A stretch of DNA of 64,000 nt, from NCBI GenBank assembly GCA_051362555.1, contig CM120646.1:3286001-3350000 (forward strand). The letters are read 5' to 3'. Position numbers and translations under genes: made by a program. Source of the stretch: Lingula anatina (lineage: Eukaryota; Animalia; Brachiopoda). Below the pieces are notes generated by a model. The model had not been told where the DNA came from, made no database searches, and saw nothing but the letters and a program-made list of their open reading frames with translations. Positions 24,301-36,168 of the stretch are shown piece by piece; position 1 is the stretch's first letter, and every line of letters starts with the position of its first letter.

Positions 24301-27300
24301 TGAGAAAATTGAATGCTTACCCTAGCAGATTGCATTGGGCTAGGGCTGGGATCAGTCTCCTAGGGAAATATTAAGAATATCAATATACATGTTGCTGTTC
24401 AGGTTTTATTATAAAAAATTATCAAAGAAACATAAATAATGATATATGTAATTCAACTCCCCCCCCCCCCCCCCCCCAGCAAGATTTTAAGTAAAAGAGA
24501 GAAAAAAGCACAGTATTTCAAAGTTCAAAAGACAGTATGAAAAATCAATTTATGTCAGAGACGTTGAGTATGTTACAAATCTGTAAGTAATCACAGTACT
24601 TACTCCAGTTGGTGTACCCTGGTAATAGGACTGATCAGACTCCATATCAGCCTCCTAATATTATAACATAATATATTAAGTCTTTATCTAACATCCATGC
24701 ATTTTATCATATAAAATCTATTAAAGCCGTGGGAAACTACAAAGGCTTATAAGCAGTAAATTTGACATTGGCTATGAGTTACTGGAACAGCCTTCCTGAT
24801 GTGCTTGGATGTGACACATACATAACAACAAGCACAATTATCAAGTAAATAACAACCCTTAATGCCCATACCATCTAACACATTTGCCATTTCGTATCTC
24901 AATCAATCACATTATCATATATATTCAGTATCATTAGACACTCTTTACTTTAAAATAGCATGATAATGAACCCCAACAAGCAAAGTTACCTAAGCATTTC
25001 ACTTTAAAACTGCTTGTGCATTTAAACATTTAAAAGAAAAATCAAATCAAAAATGACCAAACAAACAAAGACATAAAAAGTGCAGACAGCCAAGCTAAAA
25101 CTCCAAGCTTAAACTAGATTGCATGCACAGATATTATTGATAGAAAAAAAAGATATAGAAAAGAATATAAGATTGACAAACAGAATTACCAAAGGGGAAA
25201 CTGAAAGTAAAACAAAGAGCTCAAAATCAGAAGATGAATTTCAAACAAGCTGAAAGTACAGAAAAGTACAGAAAAGATAAAAGAAAACTGTTACTGCATA
25301 CAGTCTTACCTTCAGTTAGAATACAAAGGAGCTGGAACATCAAATTGATGGGGGATTTTTAATAGCAGATTGTCGCAAAATTCAAGTCTTTCAGAAACAG
25401 AAATCTTCCTATTTGGTTGGATATAAATAAGTGCTTATTGAACTGTACGACCTGACTAGGTAATTTTCTATTATAAGCTGCCTGCTGAAATAAAAGACAA
25501 TCCAAAAACCTATCTAAATATTTTGAGAGAATCTGTTTTGGCTAGTTATTTTTTCAAAATATAAATAACTCCCTTACCTGAAGCTCAGCTTTCTTCTTTT
25601 TCTTCCCCTTTTTCTTTTTCATCAACTTTTCTTGAGCTGCCTTTTCTTTTGCTGCCTTCTCTATTGTTAATAAAAAATTAACAGTATAATTTTAATCAAA
25701 TGTAACAACACAGTTCAAAGAGTTCAAAACAGGAATCTGTCACTGTAGATCCATGAATAGCAACACTCACAGGGAAGCATATCCAAGAAACATATCCAAA
25801 AATAGAAGTTACGTGATGATCTGAAATGTGGAATCGGCAGACACTTTTCTAGAGATAGGAAAGTTTTACCTTCTTCCAATGCTTTTTTCCTGCGCTCATT
25901 CTCCTGAATCCATTTTCTTTGTGCAGGGATCTCGCTCCTGAAATAGCTGTCTTTGGGATGATCCCAGGAGCACTCGCCAGTCAGGCGGTTAAAGTAATAG
26001 ATGTCACCACTGAGGTCCTGGCTGAAATAGTGAACCACACAATAAACTAAATATGAAAGTATGAGTATACAAAAAACTGTAAATGAGGGGGGGGGTTATG
26101 GATGCCACTTAGGTCCTGGCTGAAATGATGAATGACATACAGAACTAAATTAAATATAAAAGAGAGTATAAAAGAAATTGGAACTGAAGGAGGAGAGGGG
26201 AAAGGAGGTTTACATTAATTCCACTTAGGTATTGGTTGAAACTCCATGACACATAACTAAAAGGTCATATCTTACCAAGGTGTCCATTCCACAGGTAAAT
26301 CCGCTCTGACCCCATCTTTAGCAATGGTGGTCAACCCGGGCTCTTCCTCCAGGTCAATGCCAAGGCAGGCAGCTGCATACTCTTCAAGTTCTGGGGAAAG
26401 AAAATATCAACATTTAAAAATAACACAATTAGCTAGAGCATGATATATTATTAGCAGTATTTATTATGATTTTAAAGGCAGTTTAAGGGGAACTTTAAAG
26501 TGAAAGAAATAAAAAAAATGCAATATCTAAATATTTACTTAACTACTAAGCAACAGCAAAATTGTTTCTGAAAAGTTGCTACATGTACATGCATAATTAA
26601 ACAAGCCTGTTTAGCTTATGTATAAGTATAGTGACCTTATGTAACAATAAAACAGGAGTAGCCTATGCACCACACAAAATACACATGAATAGACTTGGCA
26701 TATCAACTTGAAACATCCAAATACAAAGCACATCATAACTAGAACAATCCAAGCCTACCTTCCTGTGGTGGTTCCCACATTGGTGGGTGCCAGTCTTCAT
26801 AGAGCACCAACTGGTCACAGACCAACATCTTTCCAATAGGCTTTCCCCTATTCCTGTCATCCACGCAAGCTGGAAACACACAGGCATGCATAATACTATA
26901 TAAGAAGACTAAATATATACAGACTTGACATTTAATATGGAATATTTTTTCCAAATCATTTTTCATCAGTTTTTTTCCTATTTTGCTGACTGATAAATAA
27001 CAATAAGGATTAAAATCGTGTTTTGATAACTTTTAATTATCTCTTTGATGTCATCGTGACATCAGTTCATTAATGGAATTCGCCACAGAAGCAAACAAAA
27101 ACACATTGCCTATTCTATGTCATACGACAACAATTAAAAGAGATATTTTGGATCTCCATATTCTCCAAATTATTTTCTGTAAAAGAGTTGCACTCTCCAC
27201 AAAGGACCCTCATGTCAGTGTCTAGTCGTAGTAACGGTCGCTGTTACGCCTGACCTCTTCTGGCTGCTACCAGCGCTCTCAAGTGGCAAGGCATTCCTTG

Positions 27301-30300
27301 GGAAAGGTTTTTAGAGTTCCATCTGGAATAACATTCCAGGCATCGGTCAAAATCTGTCCAATTTGGTCCAGTTTTGTTGTAGGACATGTAGGTCTTTGAT
27401 TCAGCAAGTAATGACCTACCCACATATTGTCTATGTGGTTCAAATATGGCGATTTTGATGACCAAGGTAGCTGCTCATTCACTTGGTTTTATAAGTAATC
27501 TGCTAATAAAAGTGCTCTGTGTGAACCGGCTATCTCATTTTGCAACCTAAAATTCTTCCTAAGGTGCCCCCTATCAAATGATAGTCAAGTGGTTCCCAGA
27601 TTATTCCTTGATTTGCTCTGGTTCAGATTTTCGTCAATGAGTAGCATTGGTCTTTTGGCACCAATGTGGTATCAACTCCAAATATTGACGCTGTTAATGA
27701 CCTTAGTCACTTTAGATGCGGCACACGCTTAGTCGTTGGCCTCTTTTGGATGTCTGTAAACTCTGTTTTGACTAGTTGAGCGGTACAGGTGAAATCTGAC
27801 CTCAATAAATAAAGCCACGAAGTTTCAGTGTTCAACCCAGAAACGGTCAAGGTCCCCAATTCATTAGAGAAACATACAACCATGTTTTGTTGTTTACAGT
27901 GGGTTCCTCGGAGGTCGTCTGGTAATCTAACCTGCTAAAACCAGGTTGGTGTTCGCTAAGGGCCTTGAAAATTGCGTTTTGGTGGCAATTTACCCCTCAT
28001 TCTGAACGGACTGGGTGGTTTTTGTTTAGTTGCAACAGCATATCCCGAAAGACAGTGGGTCCTGTACCCTGGTGGTAAGATTTCAATACATCGGGTGTGG
28101 CCTCTGTGTAGGTACATCAGTCTGGGCATTACTCTATAAAACTGTGCGGACCGTTTCGTTTGGCGCGATTATCTGACTGGCAATGTCTGTCTTTTTCAAG
28201 CCATTCTGCCACAGATTAAAAAGTTTGTAAAGCAATGCATAGCTCATTTTACACACTGCAAAACCGACCACTTGCATGCAAAATTTCAGATTTTTCTATG
28301 CAGTAGTTGCCGACAAATGGATACTTTTTTGACAGAACCATGCTTTGCCAAAGCCAAGCTTTCACCTGCCCAAATGAGCACTACCCAATTAAATCACTGC
28401 ATATTACATAATTCAGCAGCGCAACAAACCTGGTATTCAGTTAATTGGAAGCGATACACCTGACTACACACTTCTCCATTCACATATTTTATATGAGATT
28501 TGAGTTTTTTGAAAAAAGAACGCATTTTTACCTAGGTATACCTTCGAAACTTAAATATTCCATATTAAATGTCAAGTCTGTAGTATGATTTACATTATAA
28601 CCTCTATTGTATGTTAATACAATTTCACCATCATATCAATTAAATAATTTATGACTAAATTATACAGATTATATGGTATAATTGGTAATATACATACCAA
28701 CATATATTTATATATTAAGTACTGCAATCAAACCAAAGGATATATAAAGAGAGAGAGAGAGTGTTTTTGAGAAAGTCCACATACCTGCCAGTCCCATTGG
28801 ACGCTCAGTGTTGATGAAGCGCATACGTGCTTTCGGCGGCACACACACTTGGCCTTCTTCGGCAGGACGCGGGCCCCGGATATCGCTAGGTCTAGGGAGC
28901 ACGTTTAGGTTGGCAAACAGATAGATCTGTGGGAACTCGGGGTCCTTGACGTGGAACTCCGGAGAACGAGGGTCTTTCCGACAGTTGGGCTGTGGCTCAA
29001 AGACGAGTCGTCCAAAGAGCATCTTGTTGACAAAATCCGGCAATTGCGGACTGTACTCCATGGTAGGGGGTTTGGAGCCTCTTCTTGCACAGCGCTGAGG
29101 AAGGCTTAGATACTCCCCCTTTGGGAGCCCCAAGAGGCTGTTCTTGTGGGCCCCTGGACGGCAGCCAAAGGGGTAGTCTGGAGCGACTACCTCAGGGTCA
29201 GTGCGGAGTTCCCCAGTGTAGAAAAAGGGGTCATGGACATCCATCTCCATCTCCATCTCAGGCATCTGACGTGGTGGTGGCGGGGCTCTGCCACTGGGAG
29301 AATGAGCTGAAAGGGAGGCAGGAAGTGAGATCACAACCAGACTGATTCAATTGAACAATATTAGGCACTTACCAACTCCTACCTTAATAATAATAATTTT
29401 TATTATTTTTATAATAATACAAATGAAACACTAAAGTACCCTTACCATAGAAAGAATCTAATGGATGCCATTTTTACTTCACTTAACAGAATAATGATTT
29501 TAGCCTTAAAAACTTGCAGGCCAAGGAGGTCAAAAGGAGGAGGGGGGGGGGGTAAAATTTTATTGGTGAACCACCACTAAATATTACTATGAAACACTGC
29601 ACTTCATGTTTAAAGCTTGGCCAAAATCAAGCCAACAGAAGCAGTGTTTATTTTTTTTCTAACTGTCATGTAGAAAATGATAGTAATAAGTACCTAACTA
29701 GAAACAAATGATTACTTTTCTACCATCTTTTTCACTACTTTCAACTATCAGCTCGACATACAGATGTGGTCATGTGTTGACAACACACAACAGTAAAATA
29801 GGATTCTATGGATTTAGGCAGTTTGCAAACTTAAATTACAAAATTACAAATTAGAAGTTAGAACATCTGTGTTAAACTAAATAATTGATATAGCTACATA
29901 TGCTGTTGCCTATGCTATGCAAAAATGTGCAAATGGTACAGTGATGGTAATCCTTCCACAATGATAACTACTTGGTTGTGAAACATTTAGTATCTATCTT
30001 CTTCTACTTTTATGTTCTTTTACTCATTCTGACTACTTTTAAAATTACTATAATTGTCACTAACTACTTATTTACTATAACTGCTATTAACTTCCTTATT
30101 ACTATCAATGTCATTATAAATCTACCATATGTCTGCATGTTAAAAAAGTGTCATGCATGAAATGAAAAAGAACACTTCTCTTGACCAAAAAAATACTGCA
30201 AATGCTCTTTGCACTTACAAAGAAAACAGCCACCATGGATATATCTAAATGCCAGAAGTTTCCTAGCTGACAATTCTATCTGTATAAGAATGACAACCCA

Positions 30301-30310
30301 GTATGTTGGG

Positions 30311-30342
<32 letters not shown>

Positions 30343-31858
30343 AGAGAGAGACTAATGAGAACTGCCCTTTTGGCCAGAAGGCGTTGACTCTGAATCAAAA
30401 ATTTCATCAGGTTCTGAGCCATTTCTTAAAGGGATAATAACTCTTCGTATGAGATCTATATTTCACAATAAAAACCTTGTGAATAACTCATAGAAATATA
30501 ATATATTCTGTTTTACCACTTAAACAGCAGTTATAGCTTTTATTCTGATATTTGAACTTGTCTTTAGACCACGTGACCTCCATTGATGTCTATACTCTGT
30601 GAAAATCTCTTAAGAGATTTTAACAAAAAACCAAACTTTTTAGAAAAAAACCAGGGACTAACTTTGAATGTAAAAATGGATTCATTAACCATTGGTAAGC
30701 ATGGGAAAATTGTTGTTTACTCCAGGAAAATTCATTTTTTGGTCAAAACGAAGAGTTATTATTGCTTTAAGCAGGGCCAACGACTAGTACAGGTTAAAAA
30801 TTAGGTTCACATCTTCAGAAAAAAAAGTCCCACCTCTCTTTGAGATAGCTGGCCACAGGCCTGAATGATTCACATGATACACTAAACAGGTAATATCATA
30901 AAATAGATAACTAAACTAGTAATTTCATAAAATTACTTTCACCCTTTTTTATCATACAATAGATATCAATTTTAAAAACTCATTAACAATTAACAACATT
31001 GGTATAAATGTCTACCTTCTTTCAGCTCTTGTCCTGTCAGACACTGGGTCTGACGCACAAGGGATCCTTTCCCTATTGGAGGCGGGGGCAGGTCTCCCAG
31101 CATGCCTCCCCTCCTCCCTGGGGGGGCCAGACCAGGGGGGAGCATCCCTGGGTGCAGGGGCATACCCCGCCCTACTCCAGGTGGTGGTGGACCCCCCCTC
31201 GGTTCTGGAAGCCGCCCGGGGTGCTGCTGCTTCCGACGATTCAACCTATAAATTACAAATTTCTTAAATGAAAAGCTGAAGATCAGATGCATTGAACATG
31301 TGACAATAGTGTTATTATATCTAAAAAACACAACATCATGAATGGAAGTGCATCATAAGAATTATCCAAACAAATGTATGTGAGAATTTGTTGATGGGGG
31401 TTTGTAAGTATCACTGAAAAATGAAACCAAAACCAAATTGCAACATTGCGAATGTTACTTACATTTGTACTATACGAAAATGTCGCTTTCTTCTCTCTGT
31501 TAAGTTAAAACTTGGCTCGAAATACTGTGTTCTGAAGATAAGAGAAAATCAAATTAGATCCGAGCATTTCAAAAGGTTTAAAAATGGAATGTGTCAGAAT
31601 TAATCAAATCTGTAATGACTATTGGTCATCCACGTGAGGCCATGCGCCCGTCTGAAAAATTCTTGGAGAAATCATTCTTCTATAAGTGCCACAAATGAAA
31701 TACGTCCCAATGCCCATCCACCTCTTCATTAAGACAAATCTATTTCAACTTTTTGCAAAATGTCGCCAAAACCACGAGGGACAGAAAAACGCGTCTTACC
31801 CTGACAAGTCAAAAACATGTACTAGTGCGGTCGCTATGTACACAAACTCCCGTAGCAT
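5348..31858 (-). CDS. CEP164-like: CEP164-like WW-domain / long coiled-coil protein, ~60 exons, ~1,550 aa
   Basis: Phase-consistent GT-AG exons: 31858-31800 (start uncertain), 31245-31016, 29306-28785, 26869-26759, 26390-26276, 26021-25870, 25660-25578, then ~50 phase-0 exons down to 6095, then 5677-5649 and 5405-5348 (TAG). Exons 4-7 translate to MLVCDQLVLYEDWHPPMWEPPQEELEEYAAACLGIDLEEEPGLTTIAKDGVRADLPVEWTPCQDLSGDIYYFNRLTGECSWDHPKDSYFRSEI...KKKKGKKKKK, recognisably the CEP164 N-terminus (DQLVLEED...LPxEWKPCQDxxGDIYYFNxxxGxSxWDHP plus Lys-rich patch). Ortholog versus paralog not resolved. Confidence 0.85.
6095..15009 (-). repeat. Array of 28 phase-0 coiled-coil exons (14 are exactly 75 nt / 25 aa) within the CEP164-like gene
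   Basis: Examples: MKSLQKHSNKALDQLKAKVDEIKAQ (10860-10786), MNEIKEAKEESEHILEKEIELIKSQ (10581-10507), ITNLKEAKEELNEVVDREMELIKSQ (8883-8809), MKTLKKARDREMDQLKGRMDDIKTQ (8575-8501); all bounded by AG acceptors and mostly CAG|GT or GAG|GT donors. Confidence 0.9.
15445..16722. repeat. 146-bp satellite, ~8.8 near-identical copies
   Basis: GTCAAAGGTCAAT(T/G)TCAAGGTCAC recurs at 15451, 15596, 15742, 15888, 16034, 16180, 16326, 16472, 16618. Confidence 0.97.
16971..17258. mobile_element. Tc1/mariner-type MITE nested in the HINE-like element
   Basis: TIR CGGAAGCCGACTGGTGCCATATGT / ACATATGGCACCAGTCGGCTTCCG, TA on both flanks; interior has five copies of the 18-bp palindrome ATCTCGAAATTTCGAGAT. Confidence 0.85.
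17174..18818. repeat. Tandem direct duplication of ~817 bp (3' part of the HINE-like element)
   Basis: ORFs at 17183 and 18000 are near-identical with offset 817; both units end in the same hairpin. Confidence 0.95.
19315..19901 (-). repeat. Four tandem 42-nt micro-exons PAG(L/F/I)QKSAPLPAI(Q/P/K) of the CEP164-like gene
   Basis: Exons 19901-19860, 19710-19669, 19543-19502, 19356-19315; each TTTAG|CCTGCTGG ... |GTGAGT; flanking intron sequences also similar. Confidence 0.9.
20804..23256 (-). repeat. Three-exon module repeated ~4 times: [S..KDPKAEEERVRKE][AAEILQLTQP..][VLEL..PPPMPS..]
   Basis: AAEILQLT(Q/K) exons start at ~23049, 22352, 21788, 20857, each preceded by a ...RVRKE/RIRKE/KVRRE exon; all phase 0. 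Confidence 0.85.
21484..21690. mobile_element. PIF/Harbinger-like MITE (same family as 57146-57577)
   Basis: Imperfect terminal inverted repeats with TAGATCGA..TCGATCTA; internal CTCCCTGGGGGTTCAC and GACAGTAATCTAGTGAGACTCCCC shared with the 57 kb copies; TTA flanks. Confidence 0.7.
26920..28580 (-). mobile_element. Degenerate Tc1/mariner DNA transposon with transposase pseudogene, in intron 3 of the CEP164-like gene
   Basis: 28-bp TIR CAGACTTGACATTTAATATGGAATATTT at both ends, TA target duplication; frameshifted remnants LPWSSKSPYLNHIDNMW...LTDAWNVIP and GMPCHLRALVAARRG match the Tc1 C-terminal WPxxSPDLNPIENLW...SMPxRLxAVIxAxGG motifs. Confidence 0.9.
30431..30790. mobile_element. Dispersed repeat fragment (inverted copy at ~45556-45906; diverged copy ~63520-63800)
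   Basis: Shared GATTCATTAACCATTGGTAAG..GGAAAATTGTTGTTTACTCCAGGAAAA and AGACCACGTGACCT segments. Confidence 0.7.
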
Positions 31859-31950
31859 GTGACCCAAGTTGTCCAATCACATCATAGATTTTCACGTTCC
31901 ATGCACGTGAATGCCCATATATGGAAGTATCTCTAGCAGACATCTTTTTT

Positions 31951-31960
31951 CGCCATCTTG
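31951..31960 (-). promoter_or_regulatory. YY1-type motif CAAGATGGCG near the probable TSS of the CEP164-like gene (opens a 7-codon uORF, MAKKDVC*)
   Basis: CGCCATCTTG on + strand in a locally CpG-richer stretch just upstream of the first donor (31799). Confidence 0.4.
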
Positions 31961-32378
31961 AAATTGAGGTGATCGCTGCGCGCAAGAGGGCGCTGAAACA
32001 ATAGCAAGACATGACTACCGAAAATCTGGAATCCCGAAAATAGCTTGTACCTTTCTAAAAATAAACAATTTGATTTGAATTCCATTTTGTCTAAGACCCA
32101 GCATCTTTTAAATTCAAGAATTTGAATTTTTAGCCGTTGAAACTAAATATTTGTTGAAGAACAAGCATGAGCTGTCTCGTACACTGTTGTTATGTATCCG
32201 TGGATTTCATTTGTATTTTAACGCTTACAAATAAATATGTTTGAATTCAAATAGTCATATTGTAATCCAGACTAAGTTTCATCTTTAATCTATGGGCCTT
32301 TAGGCTGAAAATTCACGAAAATTTTGTGAATATGCTATTTTTCCACGATTTCCTTTGGGCCCCATGACAGTAGCCTAA

Positions 32379-32635
32379 GGCTTCGTTCACATGCAATGTC
32401 TATTTTCTAATTTCTATTTTCTATTTCCGCTATCTTATGATCACGGTCTGTGCCCTGAATATCCCGCCGCGTAAATACTGGCAGCGCGAGCCAGTTACTT
32501 ATAGTAACTTATAGTAACTGGCTCGCGCTGCCAGTAATTACGCCGCGGGATATTCAGGACACAGACCGTGATCATAAGACATACCGCAAATAGAAAATAG
32601 AATTTAGAAAATAGACATTGCATGTGAACGAAGCC
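32379..32635. mobile_element. PIF/Harbinger-type foldback MITE
   Basis: Whole element is a near-perfect palindrome (GGCTTCGTTCACATGCAATGTCTATTTTCTAA... / ...TTAGAAAATAGACATTGCATGTGAACGAAGCC); TAA on both flanks; second copy at 47552-47807. Confidence 0.9.
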
Positions 32636-32884
32636 TAAATATCCGGCCTACTATGCAGTGCATTTAGGGCTTGTAGGGCTTGTGTACATCTCTTTTCAAA
32701 TTGTTCACCAAAGTTTTATTTCGAAATACAAATAGGCCTCTGACTAATTGGCTGATGGTCCGACTAATTCTCTGATGATCTCCCCGCCTTCACGCGCTAT
32801 TAAACGGATTAAATCATGGATCCGGACCCTGCAAGGAAGGCGCGTGCGGAAGCTTGGAGACCAACAGGGGATTAGTCGGCTCTT

Positions 32885-33085
32885 CTTTCATTTAGGGTCC
32901 GCCATATTTGATCCGTGGACCAGAAGATCCTCGGATCGTCTATTCCGATCCGCTTGAATGTTTATTGCGTGATCCTCACGGAGAATCTATTTAGTGTTTA
33001 TAGGGTATTAGACGGCAAGCTTTTAGTTGATTCGTCATCTTTGATCCGCGGACTAGTTAGTCAGCTGAACATTGTGAGTGCGACC
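32885..33085. mobile_element. MITE-family fragment (AACTAGTCCGCGGATCAAATATGGCG family)
   Basis: Motif CCGCCATATTTGATCCG(T/C)GGAC(TAG) shared with ~41985-42060, 44494-44668, ~50790-50850, ~62978-63150. Confidence 0.6.
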
Positions 33086-33251
33086 CACAGTCATCAACAC
33101 AAAGCACAGAGTTAAATCCATTGCCCTGTTTATAAACAAATGCATTGTATCATGTACCACGTTAAATATGTATAAATAGGGGTTTAGCAATGATCATCTA
33201 AAAGCATTTGTGTGGTTCCGAATTGCATTCAGAATTTTCTAACGTGTCACG

Positions 33252-36168
33252 ATGTACACGTTTTTGGTCGACAATAAGCGCTGGCTGTTCATATTTTTGC
33301 TTGTTTTAGCGGTTTTGAATTTTTTAATTGTCTACATTAATAGAAACAGTGCTATATTCACCTTGAAACAGACGGCCAATGAAGAAATGGGAGAGGAATT
33401 TCCTACAGACGCCAACAGAAATCAGAAGGCTTGGCCTGACGCCGAATATGAACAAAAATACCAGAAGCAAAACAGGAATAACAAGATTGCGGTGATGTCA
33501 CCACGCAACCAAAGATTAGGGTAAGAGCTAAACTACTTATTTCAGGTCATTTTTTTTCTGTTTTACTTTCAATCATAAAATCATTATATTTTTTATTGGT
33601 TATAGCATTGCTCCTCTAGATCTTGATGTTTTTGTTGTCTTGATATTTTTTCTTTCTGCTTTTCTTTCCTTCTCATAATAGAAAATATTTAGCTAAGTAT
33701 TACTCTCGTTGGTATTCATTTCATCTTGTTACAAATCTGACACGATGTGAATGAAGATCACAAGGTTTTTAAATGTCCGATTATCCAAAACGAATGTATC
33801 TTAGGTTTTTGTAGAAAATCAAACTTTTTTGTCACACAATATTAGATGTCATGTAGAATTCAATTGACATCTCGTCCAGCCTACTGGATATAGTTAAAGC
33901 CCCCTTTACACTGGACGGCGTCCTTTCTGCGTCCAGCAGTACGGCCCCATTTGAGAGTTAAAAATTATAGTACTTAACGTGCCGACAACTGGCCGATCAT
34001 TGAGCATTCATTCTGATACAAAATCAATGCTCGTGCCTCCTTATTAAGACCACAGCAATGCCAAATTTCATGGTCGCAGAAAGGACGCCGTCCGGTGTAA
34101 AGGGGGTATAAGAAAATCATGGATGCTGAAGCTTGTCTGCAGGTTAAATTTAATAGCTGTGCCGTTCAAATAACATTTACATAATTACTACCTGCATAAT
34201 TATTACCTGCAGGAAGCCTGCAGTATGTACAGGCAGGCAGATTGCATTGCATTGGTTTTACTCCTTTACAATGAAAGTACACTTTGTATCATGATTGACG
34301 AACAAAGTTATTTTACGTGGTTTTTGAATGTCATGTACTGATCATAAAAAAAGATATTATCCACGTGCCCAGGTTTTTACACTTGACGATAGCATTTGGT
34401 GGACATTTGGTGTATTAAATAATTTTAAATGGTTTTGTGGGAGTGTTAAAATACAGATGCCTCTTTATGCGTTTTGGTAGATTTTGCTCATTAGAGTATG
34501 AACGATTGTAAAACTGTTCTTTCCAGGAAAGCAACTAACACTACCAAGACTACTTTTGCATCACGAAGCGAACATCCATGCAAGCGGTTGCTATCGAACA
34601 CATTTCTTATTTGTTTTATGGGCTCCGGTTCCACGTGGACGCAACACTTGGTGAATTCAGCTGTATGTCCAGGTCAGTCTCTCACTCTCTCTCTCTCTCT
34701 CTCCACCCCCTTTCTCTCTCTCTCTCTCCCTCTGTGTGTGTGTGTGTGTGTGTGTTAATTAACTCTTTTTACCTGCACCATGGGCTAGTATCTAAACTTA
34801 GCATTCAATAATCGACATTGTATAAGAGCATGAAAAACTAATACCCAAACGCCTTCGTTAATCACTATACTGGATCCAGGCGGAGGATCTTCTGGCTGGC
34901 GTATCCCGTTGTAAATTACACCTAATTACAGCGGCTCGTCGCGCACGAGATGGACCACAGATACCGGCGTCATGGGGTTCACTCGTCTAAGCTGTTGTGT
35001 TAGTCGACTAAACTTTTGTGTTATTCCCTTTAAGATTTGACGGAATTGTTATGCTTGTCCTTTGTTTGCCCACCCCCTTCTAATCACAAAATAGGTACTA
35101 AAATATTTTTAACGTTATAAAACGGAATACAACGGAAACTTACTCATGAACCCTACTGCAGAAACGTAACAAAATCATTTCACATCATATTTCCAGGTTA
35201 CCAATGCAACTCCAAAGTACAACCAGAAGGGTTTAATAAAAGATACATGGATCTTCTGGCTTTAAGAAAATGCCACCACATGATCGAACTGTGTGACCAT
35301 CCTGGGATTGAGAAGATCATCCTGCTCGTGCGAAATCCGCTTGATGCGCTTGTTGCTAACTTTAACCACAAACGAGTTGGTCGACGCAGTGAAGTCACCG
35401 ACTGGTCCACTGATTCTAGATGTAATGCATATATATCAATATTAGCAATAATATCAGTGATTTCAATATTTAAGCAGCAATGTCAGACGTGCTGGCTTAA
35501 CTGTAATGCCATATTTTCAAATAGCGTTCACGGAATGATATTAAAGATATAAAGAGAGGGTGTTAAATGATAGTAGATGATCTGACTGGATAAATAATGA
35601 AGTAGCCCTCCCAGGAGATATGTTTATAGAAAAAATGGTTTAGTAACCCCAATATATTGAAGTTCTGAATTGCCAAATTCCACTTTGCACAGACATCCCA
35701 TGATCCCTCCCTCTCCCCGGGGTGGGAGATTTACAATTGTTAGTAGAACTCATAACGGTGTCTTTAATTTCTGTTTCAGTATGGCAAAAATTTCTGGACG
35801 GCGATAAATTGGACCAATGGAAAAACATCTATGCGTCTCACCTGACTCAGAATACAACCTGCACTCCAAAACCTCACACGAAAACTTACCTTCTTCGCTA
35901 CGAGAATCTGAAAAATGACCTTTCGGGGGAACTACGGCGTCTCTACGAGTTCCTGGATGTAAACATTTCCGACAACAGATTCCAGGAAATTATGAACGAC
36001 AGTGAAGGTTGCTTCCACAGAAAGACGTCATCCAAATCCGTTGAAAAGAAATCACAGAACTATAGTATGAACCGATTTTCCCCGGACAAGATTAAAAAGC
36101 TCCAAAGAGACGAGAAGCTGGTAAACGATCTTCTAAAAAAGTATAAAGTAGAGAATTATGACGGCTGA
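33252..36168 (+). CDS. Type II membrane Golgi sulfotransferase, WSCD1/2 (sialate O-sulfotransferase)-like catalytic domain, no WSC domains; 4 exons
   Basis: Exons 33252-33520 (N-terminal TM helix WLFIFLLVLAVLNFLIVYI), ~34497-34672 (5'-PSB-like LICFMGSGSTWTQHLV), 35197-35421 (RKCH; 3'-PB ILLVRNPLDALVANFN), 35780-36168 (LLRYENLKNDL..ELRRLYEFL; EGCFHRK). AATAAA at 36523. Exon 2 acceptor is ambiguous. Confidence 0.85.
33898..34107. mobile_element. MITE in sulfotransferase intron 1
   Basis: TIR CCCCCTTTACACTGGACGGCGTCCTTTCTGCG / CGCAGAAAGGACGCCGTCCGGTGTAAAGGGGG. Confidence 0.8.

Noticed and set aside
25310-25450. Strong donor at 25309 suggesting a longer exon 8
   Set aside because: Extension contains an in-frame TAA; left out of the model, although an alternative truncated isoform cannot be excluded.
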